In this document: positions 47,223 to 56,375 of the stretch, in pieces
Numbering within the stretch: position 1 is the first letter of the stretch
How the letters are laid out: each line of letters begins with the position of its first letter
NCBI GenBank assembly: GCA_965213625.1
Contig: CBDBZU010000004.1
Coordinates: 2,752,001-2,816,000, forward strand
DNA: 64,000 nucleotides
Direction: 5' to 3'
Origin: a bacterium
GTDB lineage: Bacteria; UBA8248
The notes under the pieces: generated by a model
What the model was told of the DNA's origin: nothing
Databases searched by the model: none
Seen by the model: the letters and a program-made list of their open reading frames with translations, nothing else
Program-made: the position numbers and the translations under genes

Positions 47223-48485
47223 TCATAAGTATCCTTTAATATAACCCGATATTTCCTCTCGCCGCACTTCGGTCTGGCGGCTTTCCGCCATGTGGCGGAC
47301 GCTCACCACCCCTTTGGCCGCCTCGTCATCGCCCAGCAGGAGCACGAACGCTGCGCCCGAGCGATCGGCGCGCTTCATCTGACTTTTCATGCTGCCCCCG
47401 CCGAAGGAGCGTTCCGTCCGGATCCCCTGCGCGCGCAATTCGGAGGCGAGTTCGAAGACTTCGGCCTGCGCGGCGTCGCCGAACGCGACGATGTAGACTT
47501 GCGCTTCTTCTTTTAAGGCCGGGGCTTTTTCACCTGCCAGTTGCAAGAGCCGCTCGACGCCGATGGCGAAGCCGATCCCCGGCGTGGGTGGGCCGCCCAA
47601 TTCCTCCACGAGGCCGTCATAACGCCCCCCGCCGCACACCGCGTTTTGCGCCCCCAGGCTCTCGCTCGTCACTTCGAACACGGTGAGGCAGTAGTAGTCG
47701 AGCCCGCGAACGAGCCTCGGGTTAATCTCGTAATGAACGCCCGCGCTTTCCAAAAACCGGCATACGCTCTCCAGGTGTTCCCGGCACGACTCGTTCCAGT
47801 ATTCGTCTATTCTAGGCGCGCGCGCGATGATCTCCTGGTGATCCGGGTTCTTGCTGTCCAGAAAGCGAAGCGGGTTGCGCTCGATGCGCTCGGCGATTTC
47901 GGTGCCCAGATGCTTCGTCTCTTTCCTTAAATATTCCTGGAGGGAGGCGGCGTAGGCCGGGCGGCATTCCTTGTCGCCCAGGTTGTTGATCTGGAGCGCG
48001 AGGCCTCCGATCCCCATGGCGTCCAGATATTCCATGAGCATCACGATGAGTTCGGCGTCGACCGCCGGGTCCTCCGTGCCGAAAACCTCGGCGTCTATCT
48101 GGTGAAACTGCCGCAGGCGGCCCGCCTGGGGACGCTCGTAGCGGAACATGGGGCCGATGCAGAAGAGCTTCGAGACGCTCGCGCGGTTGTGGAGGCCGTT
48201 TTGCACGTAGGCGCGGCAGATCGAGGCGGTCGCCTCGGGGCGCAGGGTGATGGAGTCGCCCCCCTTGTCCTTGAAGGTATACATCTCCTTGGAGACGATA
48301 TCGGTTTCCTCGCCGATGCCGCGCGAGAAGAGTTCGGTGCGCTCGAACACGGGCACTCTTATCTCCCCGTAGCCGTAGCGCGCGAAAATCTCGCGCGCCA
48401 GGCGTTCGGCTCCCTGCCAGCTAGAAGATTCCTCCGGCAGAATGTCTTTCACCCCGCGCACCGCCGTGAGCTTGGGCCGCGCCAT
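47223..48485 (-). CDS. hisS: Histidine--tRNA ligase
   Basis: RGVKDILP, LRPEATA, FRYERPQAGRLRQFHQ, LVRGLDYY, GGGRYD; ATG at 48485 with GGAGG RBS. Confidence 0.97.
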   Translation of the reverse strand: MARPKLTAVRGVKDILPEESSSWQGAERLAREIFARYGYGEIRVPVFERTELFSRGIGEETDIVSKEMYTFKDKGGDSITLRPEATASICRAYVQNGLHNRASVSKLFCIGPMFRYERPQAGRLRQFHQIDAEVFGTEDPAVDAELIVMLMEYLDAMGIGGLALQINNLGDKECRPAYAASLQEYLRKETKHLGTEIAERIERNPLRFLDSKNPDHQEIIARAPRIDEYWNESCREHLESVCRFLESAGVHYEINPRLVRGLDYYCLTVFEVTSESLGAQNAVCGGGRYDGLVEELGGPPTPGIGFAIGVERLLQLAGEKAPALKEEAQVYIVAFGDAAQAEVFELASELRAQGIRTERSFGGGSMKSQMKRADRSGAAFVLLLGDDEAAKGVVSVRHMAESRQTEVRREEISGYIKGYL

Positions 48486-48487
48486 CG

Positions 48488-49249
48488 CTATCCTCCAAAA
48501 GCCGCTTCGAGCAGGCGGGGAAGGGCGACGCCCGAGGGCTCTTGCACCGCCTCGCTCATGTATGGGCTGATATCCGTCGGCTCGGGATTGACCTCGAGCA
48601 CGAACGCGCCGCCTCGCGAGGCCGTCATGGGCATGGAGGCGGCCGGCTGCACCACGGCGGACGTGCCCGCCACGATCAGGTAATCGCAATCATCCACCGC
48701 AACAAGCGACCGGCGCAACTGCTCGGGGTCGAGCATCTCGCCGAACCACACCACGTGGGGGCGCAGTAGGTTCTCGCACGCCTCACATTTCGGGGGCAGG
48801 GGGTCGACCGGAACGTCTCTGTTCTCCCACGCGAGCGTGTAGCGCTCACAGCCCGGGTTCGTGCAGCGAACGCGCCAGATGTTGCCGTGCAGCTCCACGA
48901 TTTCCCTCGTTCCGGCGACGCGGTGGAGGTTGTCGATGTTTTGCGTGATGAGGGTGAAGCGCGGAAAGCGCTCCTCCAGCGAGGCGATGGCGTAATGCCC
49001 CGGATTGGGCGCCAGAGGCGCGAGCACCTCGCGGCGGTAGTTGTAGAACTCCCAGACGAGCTTTGGGTCGGCGCGAAAGGCCTCAGGACTAGCCAGCGAG
49101 GTGGCGCTGTACTCACGCCATAGGCCGCCCGCTCCCCGGAAGGTGGGCACGCCGCTCTCCGCACTCACGCCCGCTCCGGTGAGGACGACCACCGATTCCG
49201 CTTCGTTGAGTGCGTCAATCGCGCGTTGGCTGAACATCGATCTCTCCAT
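48488..49249 (-). CDS. cobB: NAD-dependent deacylase (sirtuin)
   Basis: TGAGVSAESGVPTFRG, TQNIDNLH, LHGN, LRPHVVWFGE, GTSAVVQPAA; start approximate. Confidence 0.93.
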   Translation of the reverse strand: MERSMFSQRAIDALNEAESVVVLTGAGVSAESGVPTFRGAGGLWREYSATSLASPEAFRADPKLVWEFYNYRREVLAPLAPNPGHYAIASLEERFPRFTLITQNIDNLHRVAGTREIVELHGNIWRVRCTNPGCERYTLAWENRDVPVDPLPPKCEACENLLRPHVVWFGEMLDPEQLRRSLVAVDDCDYLIVAGTSAVVQPAASMPMTASRGGAFVLEVNPEPTDISPYMSEAVQEPSGVALPRLLEAAFGG

Positions 49250-49325
49250 CGTCATGCGCCTCGGCTTCGACCAATTGGCGAGAAAGTAGACTATTCGCCC
49301 CTCCGCGCGCAAACGGGGATGGAAG

Positions 49326-49354
49326 TTGACACGCGCGCGGATGCCGCCTAGCTT
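49326..49354 (+). promoter_or_regulatory. Putative sigma70 promoter of the TPP enzyme gene
   Basis: TTGACA-17 nt-TAGCTT. Confidence 0.5.
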
Positions 49355-49396
49355 TGGCGGGCTTCGTTTTTTCGAGGGTTCCGGAGGAGTTATTTG

Positions 49397-51100
49397 ATGG
49401 CGCGTAACGGATCGCAGGTCCTGCTGGATGCGCTTCAGGCGAACGGCGCGGAGTACATTTTCGGCATTCCGGGCACGCTCACGCTGCCGGTCTACGACGC
49501 GATGATCGACGGCGCGGGCGCCATGCCTATCGTCACGCGCCACGAGCAGGGAGCGGGCTTCGCGGCGGACGGCTACGCCAAGGTGTCCGGCAAGACGGGC
49601 GTGGTTTTTACGGTGCCGGGTCCCGGCGGTACGAACGTCGCCACCGCGCTTCGCTCGGCTTATGAGGACGCGGTTCCCGTCGTCGCGGTAACGGCCACGC
49701 TCGCCGACAACATGCGCGACCGAAGCGCCATCCACGACGTGGACATGGAAAAAGCGCTCGCGGGCTGCGTCAAAAAAGCGTTCACGCCCGATTCGGTAGC
49801 GGGTATCGCGCCCGCCGTGGAGGCCGCGTTCCGCTGCGCGGCGGCGGGAAGGCCCGGCCCGACGCAGGTGGTGATGAAGGCGAACCTGTTCCAGGCCGAA
49901 GAGGAGCGGGTCATCTTAGCGCCCGAGTTCGAGGGGCCGCCGCCCCCACCGCCCGTCGATGAGCGCGCGCTCGATGAAATCGCAGAATCCCTCCTGTCCG
50001 CAAAACGCCCGGTGATATATGCCGGAAACGGCGTGGTGACCGCCCGTTGCGAGAGGGGGGTGCAGCTTCTCGCTTCCAGGCTGGGCGCGCCCGTCGTCAC
50101 CTCCGTGAAGGGGCGGGGGATTCTATCGGAAGCCGATCCTCTTTCTTTCGGCCTTGTGCATTTCCTGGGTTGTCAGGAGATGCTCGAAGAGGCGGATTTG
50201 TGTCTGGCGCTGGGTACGGGTTTCGGGCAGTTCGCCACCTTTTACTTCAAGGCGCCAATGCCGAAGAACCTCGTGCAGATAGACATCGACCCCGAGCGCA
50301 TCGGACGGAATTACCCGGCATCCAAAGGCCTGGTGAGTGACTTGGAACTAGCGTTGGAGGGCCTGCTCAAAAGAATTTCGGATGCGAAGGATGTCGCGCT
50401 CACAGAAGGCCACATCCGCGTGCGCGAGGGGAAAAGGCGTTATGAGGAAAGGCTGCAATCGTTTTCGACTGAATCGGCCGAGCCTCCCTTCCACGGTCTT
50501 TTCGTGATGAAGACGCTGCGCGAGAATTTTTCGCCCGATACGATTTTCGTCTCCGATTCCTCCGCGACCCAGAGCTGGCTCATGGAGCAGGCGTTCGTGA
50601 TTCACCGCCCCCGGAGCATCCTGCTCTCGGAAGCCTATCAGTCGATGGGCTACGCCATCGGCGCCGCTATCGGGGCGAAACTCGGCGCGCCCGAAAGGCC
50701 GGTGTGCGCGGTCGTGGGAGACGGCAGCTTCACGATGGTCTGCGGGGAGTTGGCCACGGCGACGGCGCTCGGTTTGTCGATTACCTACCTCATATTCAAT
50801 GACGGGGAATACAACGCGCTCAGGCATTCGCAAAAACACGTTTTCAATGAGCGCTACATCGCCACTTCGCTGAATAACCCCGATTTCCCGGCACTGGCGC
50901 GCGCATTCGGCGCGCATGGTCACCGCGTGGAGACGGCGGAGGCGTTGGGAAGCGCCATCCGCGACGCTCAGGCGGGGGGCGGCGTTCACGTCATCGACTG
51001 TCCGATCGACCGCGAGGTGCTCTCATCGAGATGGACGCGGACGGTGAAATCCTTCCGGGGTGGAGCCGCCACCGCGCCGCCGCCCGATGCGAATTCTTGA
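49397..51100 (+). CDS. Thiamine pyrophosphate-binding enzyme (acetolactate synthase-like)
   Basis: IFGIPG, RHEQGAGFAADGY, PGPG, GDGSF...FND. Confidence 0.92.
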   Translation: MARNGSQVLLDALQANGAEYIFGIPGTLTLPVYDAMIDGAGAMPIVTRHEQGAGFAADGYAKVSGKTGVVFTVPGPGGTNVATALRSAYEDAVPVVAVTATLADNMRDRSAIHDVDMEKALAGCVKKAFTPDSVAGIAPAVEAAFRCAAAGRPGPTQVVMKANLFQAEEERVILAPEFEGPPPPPPVDERALDEIAESLLSAKRPVIYAGNGVVTARCERGVQLLASRLGAPVVTSVKGRGILSEADPLSFGLVHFLGCQEMLEEADLCLALGTGFGQFATFYFKAPMPKNLVQIDIDPERIGRNYPASKGLVSDLELALEGLLKRISDAKDVALTEGHIRVREGKRRYEERLQSFSTESAEPPFHGLFVMKTLRENFSPDTIFVSDSSATQSWLMEQAFVIHRPRSILLSEAYQSMGYAIGAAIGAKLGAPERPVCAVVGDGSFTMVCGELATATALGLSITYLIFNDGEYNALRHSQKHVFNERYIATSLNNPDFPALARAFGAHGHRVETAEALGSAIRDAQAGGGVHVIDCPIDREVLSSRWTRTVKSFRGGAATAPPPDANS

Positions 51101-51114
51101 TTTGAGACCCATCC

Positions 51115-51362
51115 GGAGTTGTTGAAAAACTCGGCATTTGAACAAACGCGTTCTCCTCGCCTTGCATGTCTCCGTATCTGCCTCACCCTGAGTAGCCGCC
51201 GAAGGTTAAACGCGACTGAGAAAGGAGCGTTTGTATCGAAGGGCGCTCTCCCTCGATACGGCGCGCAAGCGCGCCTACTCGGGATGAAGATGGTATTTTG
51301 GGCAAGTGTGACGAATGTGCTCCAGGCAGTTTCCCTTTTGGGATGGGTTTTTCAATAGCGCC
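51115..51362. mobile_element. MITE-like element: imperfect TIRs enclosing two palindromic repeat units
   Basis: GGAGTTGTTGAAAAACTC (51115-51132) versus GGGTTTTTCAATAGCGCC (51345-51362), 14/18 complementary; internal units 51181-51247 and 51250-51289 are related to the 15.7-kb element. Confidence 0.55.
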
Positions 51363-51380
51363 CTACCTCGCGGGTTTGGT

Positions 51381-53906
51381 TCACCGCGTGTGGGTTGTCC
51401 GTTGATTCCCCACTTCACGGCTTGAATATTCGGACGCGAGGCTCCTTTGAAACGCGCTCCACCCGGCCGCACCGCTCCTGGGCCAGGCTTCGGCTGCGCG
51501 GAAACGCTCGACGGAAAAGTGCGCCGCATCCGCCTCGCCGCCCGCTTCAACGCGGAGCATCCCGCCGCGCCAGGGGCGATAGACCCCCAGCCTTCTCTGC
51601 CGCCTTCTCGTTTCCCGCCAAAGGTCTGTCCGCATCCATTTCACTCTTTGGGGGGTGGCCAGGACCGCGCGGGGCGGACGCGCTTCGAGCCAGTCGAGCA
51701 CTTCCCGTTTTCTGAGCAGGCTTTCGGGCAGGCGCACGAGGTCGTATCTTTTCCCGCGAAACCATTTTGGATTGAACGCCGGGAATTTCGAAGGCAGCAT
51801 GAGCAGCCAGCGGGAACCCGGGTTTTGAACCTCGAAACCCATCGCGCCTCCTCTCCACGAATGAAGCGAAACCCGCGCTCCGCCTCCGGTTGTGCGCCAG
51901 ACGATGCGGCGGGAATTGCGGCGCTTCCTGAAACGGGAGCGATTTAATGCGGAAGCGCGGAGGTCGTTGATGCGAAGCAGGTTTTCGATCCGTATGCCGG
52001 TGGCGAATTCGTTCACGGCGAGTTTTTCTTTGGGATACCTGGAGAGGCTGAGCATCGTGCGCCAGTTCAATTCATTCTCCCGGCGCATCAGGGGAGCGAG
52101 CACGTTTCCCCAGGCGTTGAAGCCTCCCGCCTTGCCGCCCGAGGCGTCGACGGCCAGGCCCTTTCCGTCAGGTAGACGCAGGAAAAAGGCGTCCACCTTC
52201 CCAGCGTCGGGCAGAAGCAGCGTGGTGCGCTTCGGCCCCGCTGCCTGTGTAGTGGCGCTGGGGAGAAGGAGGAAAAAAATCAGGGAACACACGCCCGCCC
52301 AGGCGATTCTCCGCCACTGAGCGCGTCTCGACTGTAATGCGAGCGTCATGAGGGCGTATATCGAGGCGATGAGCCAGATTTCGGGACTCGGCGTGATGAT
52401 GCTGGCCCAGGGAATTTGAGAGGAATAGGTCGATACGAGAATCATGAAATCCGCCATAGCGCCGGTGAGCCACGTGGCGGGGAGCAGGAGTGCGGCCGCA
52501 GCCGCCGGGAAGACGGCGGCGAGAGCGCTCGCTACGAAAGAGAGAGGCACGAGCAGCGAGGCGAGCGGAATGAGCAGAAAATTTACGAGCAGGCCGATGG
52601 GATGCGCCTCGTGAAAATGCAGCGCCGTGAGCGGCGTGATCGCCGCGGTGACGACCAACTGGATGATGGCGAGTTGATGCGCGCGCGCGAACCACCACTC
52701 CTTCTCCCAGATTCTTAAGTTCGCTTCGGGTCGCGGGAGCCTGTCCGCCGCCAGGATGATGGCGCTCACCGCCACGAAGGAGAGTTGAAATCCCACGTCC
52801 CGGATGAAGTCGGGCTCCACCAGAAGGATGAGCAGGGCGGCGAGCAGGACGGAATGAATCGCGCTTCCTGGCCGCTCCAGCAGCCGGGTGATGAGATAGA
52901 CGACGATCATGATCGTGGCGCGCACCGTGGATATTCGCGCGCCGCTCAGCAGCGCGAAGAGAATCACAAGTGGAATGACGCCGAGCGATGCGAGCTTGGA
53001 CGGCGTGAGCACGAACGGGCGCAGGGGAAAAAATTTGGGCGGTAGCCTGCGGAGAAGCCCCTGGAGGGAAAAGAAGAAAAATGCGGCGATGAAGCCCACG
53101 TGCAGGCCGCTGATGGCGAGCAGGTGCGCCGCCCCCGATTTCCTGAAGGCGTCCTTGAGTTCCCGGTCGATTCCTTCGCGCAAGCCGATGGTCATCGCCG
53201 CGATAAGCTTGGCGGCGCGCTCGGGATAGACGGCGTTCATGTGTGCGTTCATTCGATCCCGGAAGCGGAACAATAGCCGCCGCCAGCCCCATTTCTCTTT
53301 TTTTTCAAGCTGGTGAAGGTTCTTCACCCCGCTGTAGCCGACGGCGTGGACGCCTCTTAAGCGCAGGAATTCCCGGTAGTCGAACGCGCCCGGGTTCTTG
53401 AAGCGCTCGGGGGGCTTTAGGCGCGCGCGCTGGATGAGCAGCCTGTCGCCTACTTCGGGGGTTGTTTCGAGCTTGGAAGCCAGCGTGACGCGCGCGACGC
53501 CGGTCATGGGAACCTCGACCCCGCGGATGAGGGCGCGTTCCACGTCGATGTATATGCGCGGTCTGGGCGATGCGCCGTCGTTTCGCTCCACGGGCCGGGA
53601 GAGGTGACCCGAGACGTTCATGCGCCCATAGGGCATCTGGCGCAGCATGTGGTGCGCCGGCGTCAAGCTGCGATGGAGTGCGGGAACGGCGAAAGATGCG
53701 ATGAGTCCCGTGAGCACGAGGAGCGCCGAGAAGAAGCCTTGCCTTTTCCCCCGAATGCGGCGGCTCATGGCGAGCAGGACGGATAAGGTCAAGATGAGCG
53801 CGGCGGCGAGGGTGGAGAAGCCGTCACCCCGCTCGAAGTCGAGGGAAAACTCACCCATCAACAAACCCGCTATGTACCCGATCGCCAGCAGATGCAGGGG
53901 GTGCAC
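51381..53906 (-). CDS. comEC: ComEC/Rec2 competence membrane protein
   Basis: NPGAFDY, SGAAHLLAISGLHVG, RATIM, GFQLSF; C-terminal MBL domain degenerate. Confidence 0.9.
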   Translation of the reverse strand: MHPLHLLAIGYIAGLLMGEFSLDFERGDGFSTLAAALILTLSVLLAMSRRIRGKRQGFFSALLVLTGLIASFAVPALHRSLTPAHHMLRQMPYGRMNVSGHLSRPVERNDGASPRPRIYIDVERALIRGVEVPMTGVARVTLASKLETTPEVGDRLLIQRARLKPPERFKNPGAFDYREFLRLRGVHAVGYSGVKNLHQLEKKEKWGWRRLLFRFRDRMNAHMNAVYPERAAKLIAAMTIGLREGIDRELKDAFRKSGAAHLLAISGLHVGFIAAFFFFSLQGLLRRLPPKFFPLRPFVLTPSKLASLGVIPLVILFALLSGARISTVRATIMIVVYLITRLLERPGSAIHSVLLAALLILLVEPDFIRDVGFQLSFVAVSAIILAADRLPRPEANLRIWEKEWWFARAHQLAIIQLVVTAAITPLTALHFHEAHPIGLLVNFLLIPLASLLVPLSFVASALAAVFPAAAAALLLPATWLTGAMADFMILVSTYSSQIPWASIITPSPEIWLIASIYALMTLALQSRRAQWRRIAWAGVCSLIFFLLLPSATTQAAGPKRTTLLLPDAGKVDAFFLRLPDGKGLAVDASGGKAGGFNAWGNVLAPLMRRENELNWRTMLSLSRYPKEKLAVNEFATGIRIENLLRINDLRASALNRSRFRKRRNSRRIVWRTTGGGARVSLHSWRGGAMGFEVQNPGSRWLLMLPSKFPAFNPKWFRGKRYDLVRLPESLLRKREVLDWLEARPPRAVLATPQRVKWMRTDLWRETRRRQRRLGVYRPWRGGMLRVEAGGEADAAHFSVERFRAAEAWPRSGAAGWSAFQRSLASEYSSREVGNQRTTHTR

Positions 53907-54037
53907 GTTCTCTCCATTGATAGGGAATCGTCCATGTTACACCAAATTGCGCAGGGCGTGCATTCTCCTTCGACTTCACGCCCGCTCGTGGTAGGCTTCG
54001 CCCCGGATTATGGGATGAATTTTTATTGAGGATGGCG

Positions 54038-55036
54038 ATGCGCATGCGCCCATTAGGGAATACGGGCATCTCGGTATCTGAAATAGGTTTTGGCACGGGC
54101 GGCATCAGCCGCCTCATGGTGGGTGATGACCACGAGGCGCAACTCCGCGCGGTTCGTAGCGCCCTGGACGGGGGCGTGAATTTTTTCGATACGGCGATGG
54201 GCTACGGGAGCGGCAAGTCGGAAGCCAACCTGGGCGCTGCGCTCAACCGGCTGGGGGCGAAGGTCGTCCTCACGACGAAGATCCGTCTCACCGCCCAGGA
54301 GCGCGAAGCGCCGCAAGAAGCGGTGATCGCCTCGGTGGAGAAGAGTCTCGAGCGGCTGGGCCGACCCGAGGTCGACCTGATCCAGATTCACAACTACGTG
54401 GCGCCCGGGAGGGACTGGTCGGTCGGGGAGGTGGCGTTCGATCTCTCCGATATTTTCGGCGCAGGCGGCGTGCTCGATGGTTTCAAGAAATTGCGCGATC
54501 GAGGTCTCGTGCGCTTTTTCGGATTCACCGGTATCGGGCATCCCGCCTCGCTGGCCGAGATGGTCGACAGCGGCGAGTTCCATACGGTGCAGGCATATTT
54601 CAATTTACTCAACCCGAGCGCGGCCTATCCCGTGCCCGAGGGTTTCCGCGCGGTGGATTACGGCCTGCTCATCGGGCGCGCCGCGAAACTCGGAATGGGG
54701 GTGCTGGCGATTCGAGCCTTGGCGCTTGGCGCGCTCACCGCGGAGCCGAACCTGTTGGGTTTTCTGGACGAACGCCCGCCGGTCCTCTCGTTGGGTTCTG
54801 AGTACGACGAGGACGTGGCGCGCGCGGAGAAACTCGCGTTCCTCATCCGGGATGGATGCACCTTGGCGCAGGCTGCGCTTCGTTTCGTCTTGATGCATGA
54901 AGAGGTTTCGTGCGCACTGGTGGGTTTCTCGGGCGAGGAACAACTCAAAGAGACGTTCTCTAGCGTCGGCGCCGGGCCACTCCGGGGAGATGATATACAC
55001 CGCCTCAAGAAAATTTGGCAAAACGATTTCGCCTAG
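54038..55036 (+). CDS. Aldo/keto reductase
   Basis: LGNTGISVSEIGFG, FFDTAMGYG, SLERL...DLIQIH. Confidence 0.93.
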   Translation: MRMRPLGNTGISVSEIGFGTGGISRLMVGDDHEAQLRAVRSALDGGVNFFDTAMGYGSGKSEANLGAALNRLGAKVVLTTKIRLTAQEREAPQEAVIASVEKSLERLGRPEVDLIQIHNYVAPGRDWSVGEVAFDLSDIFGAGGVLDGFKKLRDRGLVRFFGFTGIGHPASLAEMVDSGEFHTVQAYFNLLNPSAAYPVPEGFRAVDYGLLIGRAAKLGMGVLAIRALALGALTAEPNLLGFLDERPPVLSLGSEYDEDVARAEKLAFLIRDGCTLAQAALRFVLMHEEVSCALVGFSGEEQLKETFSSVGAGPLRGDDIHRLKKIWQNDFA

Positions 55037-55062
55037 ACACGAGTTGACCGATCGCTGAATTC

Positions 55063-56310
55063 ATGGACACGTCTCGCAATGCGCGCATGAGCCGACACGC
55101 CCTGTGGGTGCTCAGTTTCTCCCAGCTTCCCATCATGCTGGTCTACGCCAATTACCCGACCGCCATCCCGATCCTGAAGGCGGAATGGTCCCTCAGCAAT
55201 GCGGATGCCGGTTTCATCTATTTCATGTTTTACGTGGGCTACGTGGTCGCCTCCGCCGTACTCACCGGGGCGACGGATTATTTCAGCGCGAGAACCATCT
55301 TTCTCTTCTCGGCCGCCTGGCTCGGCTTCACGAACCTCATGTTCCCATTCTTCGCCGAGGGTTTGTGGACGGCCGCTCTTCTCCGGGGCGCCTGCGGGGT
55401 GGGGCTTGCAGGCGTCTTCGGGCCGGGTCTGCGTATCGTGGCCGAACACGCCACAGCGGCTTTACGGGCGAAGATGGTGTCGGGCTACGCCTTTTTCTTC
55501 ACCTTCAGCGTATCGGTCTCGATGTTCCTGACGGGTTATCTGCTGCCTGACTTCGGCTGGCGCTTCACCTTCGCAGCGGGTTCGCTCGGCCCCGTCGTCG
55601 GCATCTTGATGGTGCTGATCTGGGTGCCCGACCCCGGCAGGGAGGAATCGGGAAGCGGGGAGAAATTCGCCTTTCCGCGCCTGCCGCTCAGGTGCTGGGT
55701 GCTCATCGGCTCCTACGTCATGCACCGCTGGGAGATGTTCGCCTTCAGGGGATGGGGCGTCACGTTCCTGGCTTCGGCTTTCGTGGCGCACGGCCTGCCG
55801 AGAGGGGACGCCGTGGATAACGCCGCAACGGGGCTGGCGTTCATGATCGCGATATCCGCTTTTTCGAATTTCATCGGCGCGTGGTCGGCCGACAGGTTCG
55901 GGCGGCTCCCGAGCATCGGGTGGAGCTTGCTTCTAAGCGGCGCGATGACGTACGGAATCGGTTCTCTATTCCACGCGCCGATTCCAATCCTGCTTATCGT
56001 TTTGCTGGTCTGGGGGGTGATCATGGCCGTCGATGCGTCCGTTTTCCTGGTCGTGATGAGCGAAATCGCGCCCAAGCGCCATCTGGGCACGGCGCTGGGC
56101 TGCCTCGCCGGGTTCGGCTTTTTGTTCGGAGCGCTTTCCTCGATCGAAGTGGGCTATATTCTGGACATCACCAACCCCGGTTCCCGCGGCGAGGTTCTGC
56201 CCACGGAGTGGACGGCGGCCTGGGCGTCGGTGGGCGTGTCCGTCTGGATCGGCCTGGGAGGAATCGGCTGGCTTTCCCGTATAATGAAGAGGCGAGTGCA
56301 GGATGCTTGA
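55063..56310 (+). CDS. MFS transporter
   Basis: About 12 hydrophobic segments; GAWSADRFGR motif A. Confidence 0.9.
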   Translation: MDTSRNARMSRHALWVLSFSQLPIMLVYANYPTAIPILKAEWSLSNADAGFIYFMFYVGYVVASAVLTGATDYFSARTIFLFSAAWLGFTNLMFPFFAEGLWTAALLRGACGVGLAGVFGPGLRIVAEHATAALRAKMVSGYAFFFTFSVSVSMFLTGYLLPDFGWRFTFAAGSLGPVVGILMVLIWVPDPGREESGSGEKFAFPRLPLRCWVLIGSYVMHRWEMFAFRGWGVTFLASAFVAHGLPRGDAVDNAATGLAFMIAISAFSNFIGAWSADRFGRLPSIGWSLLLSGAMTYGIGSLFHAPIPILLIVLLVWGVIMAVDASVFLVVMSEIAPKRHLGTALGCLAGFGFLFGALSSIEVGYILDITNPGSRGEVLPTEWTAAWASVGVSVWIGLGGIGWLSRIMKRRVQDA

Positions 56311-56375
56311 ATTCCTGATGCGAAGCCGATAGGCTCCCGCGCCAGTGATGCGGATTCGCAAATTCAAGCGCGGGC

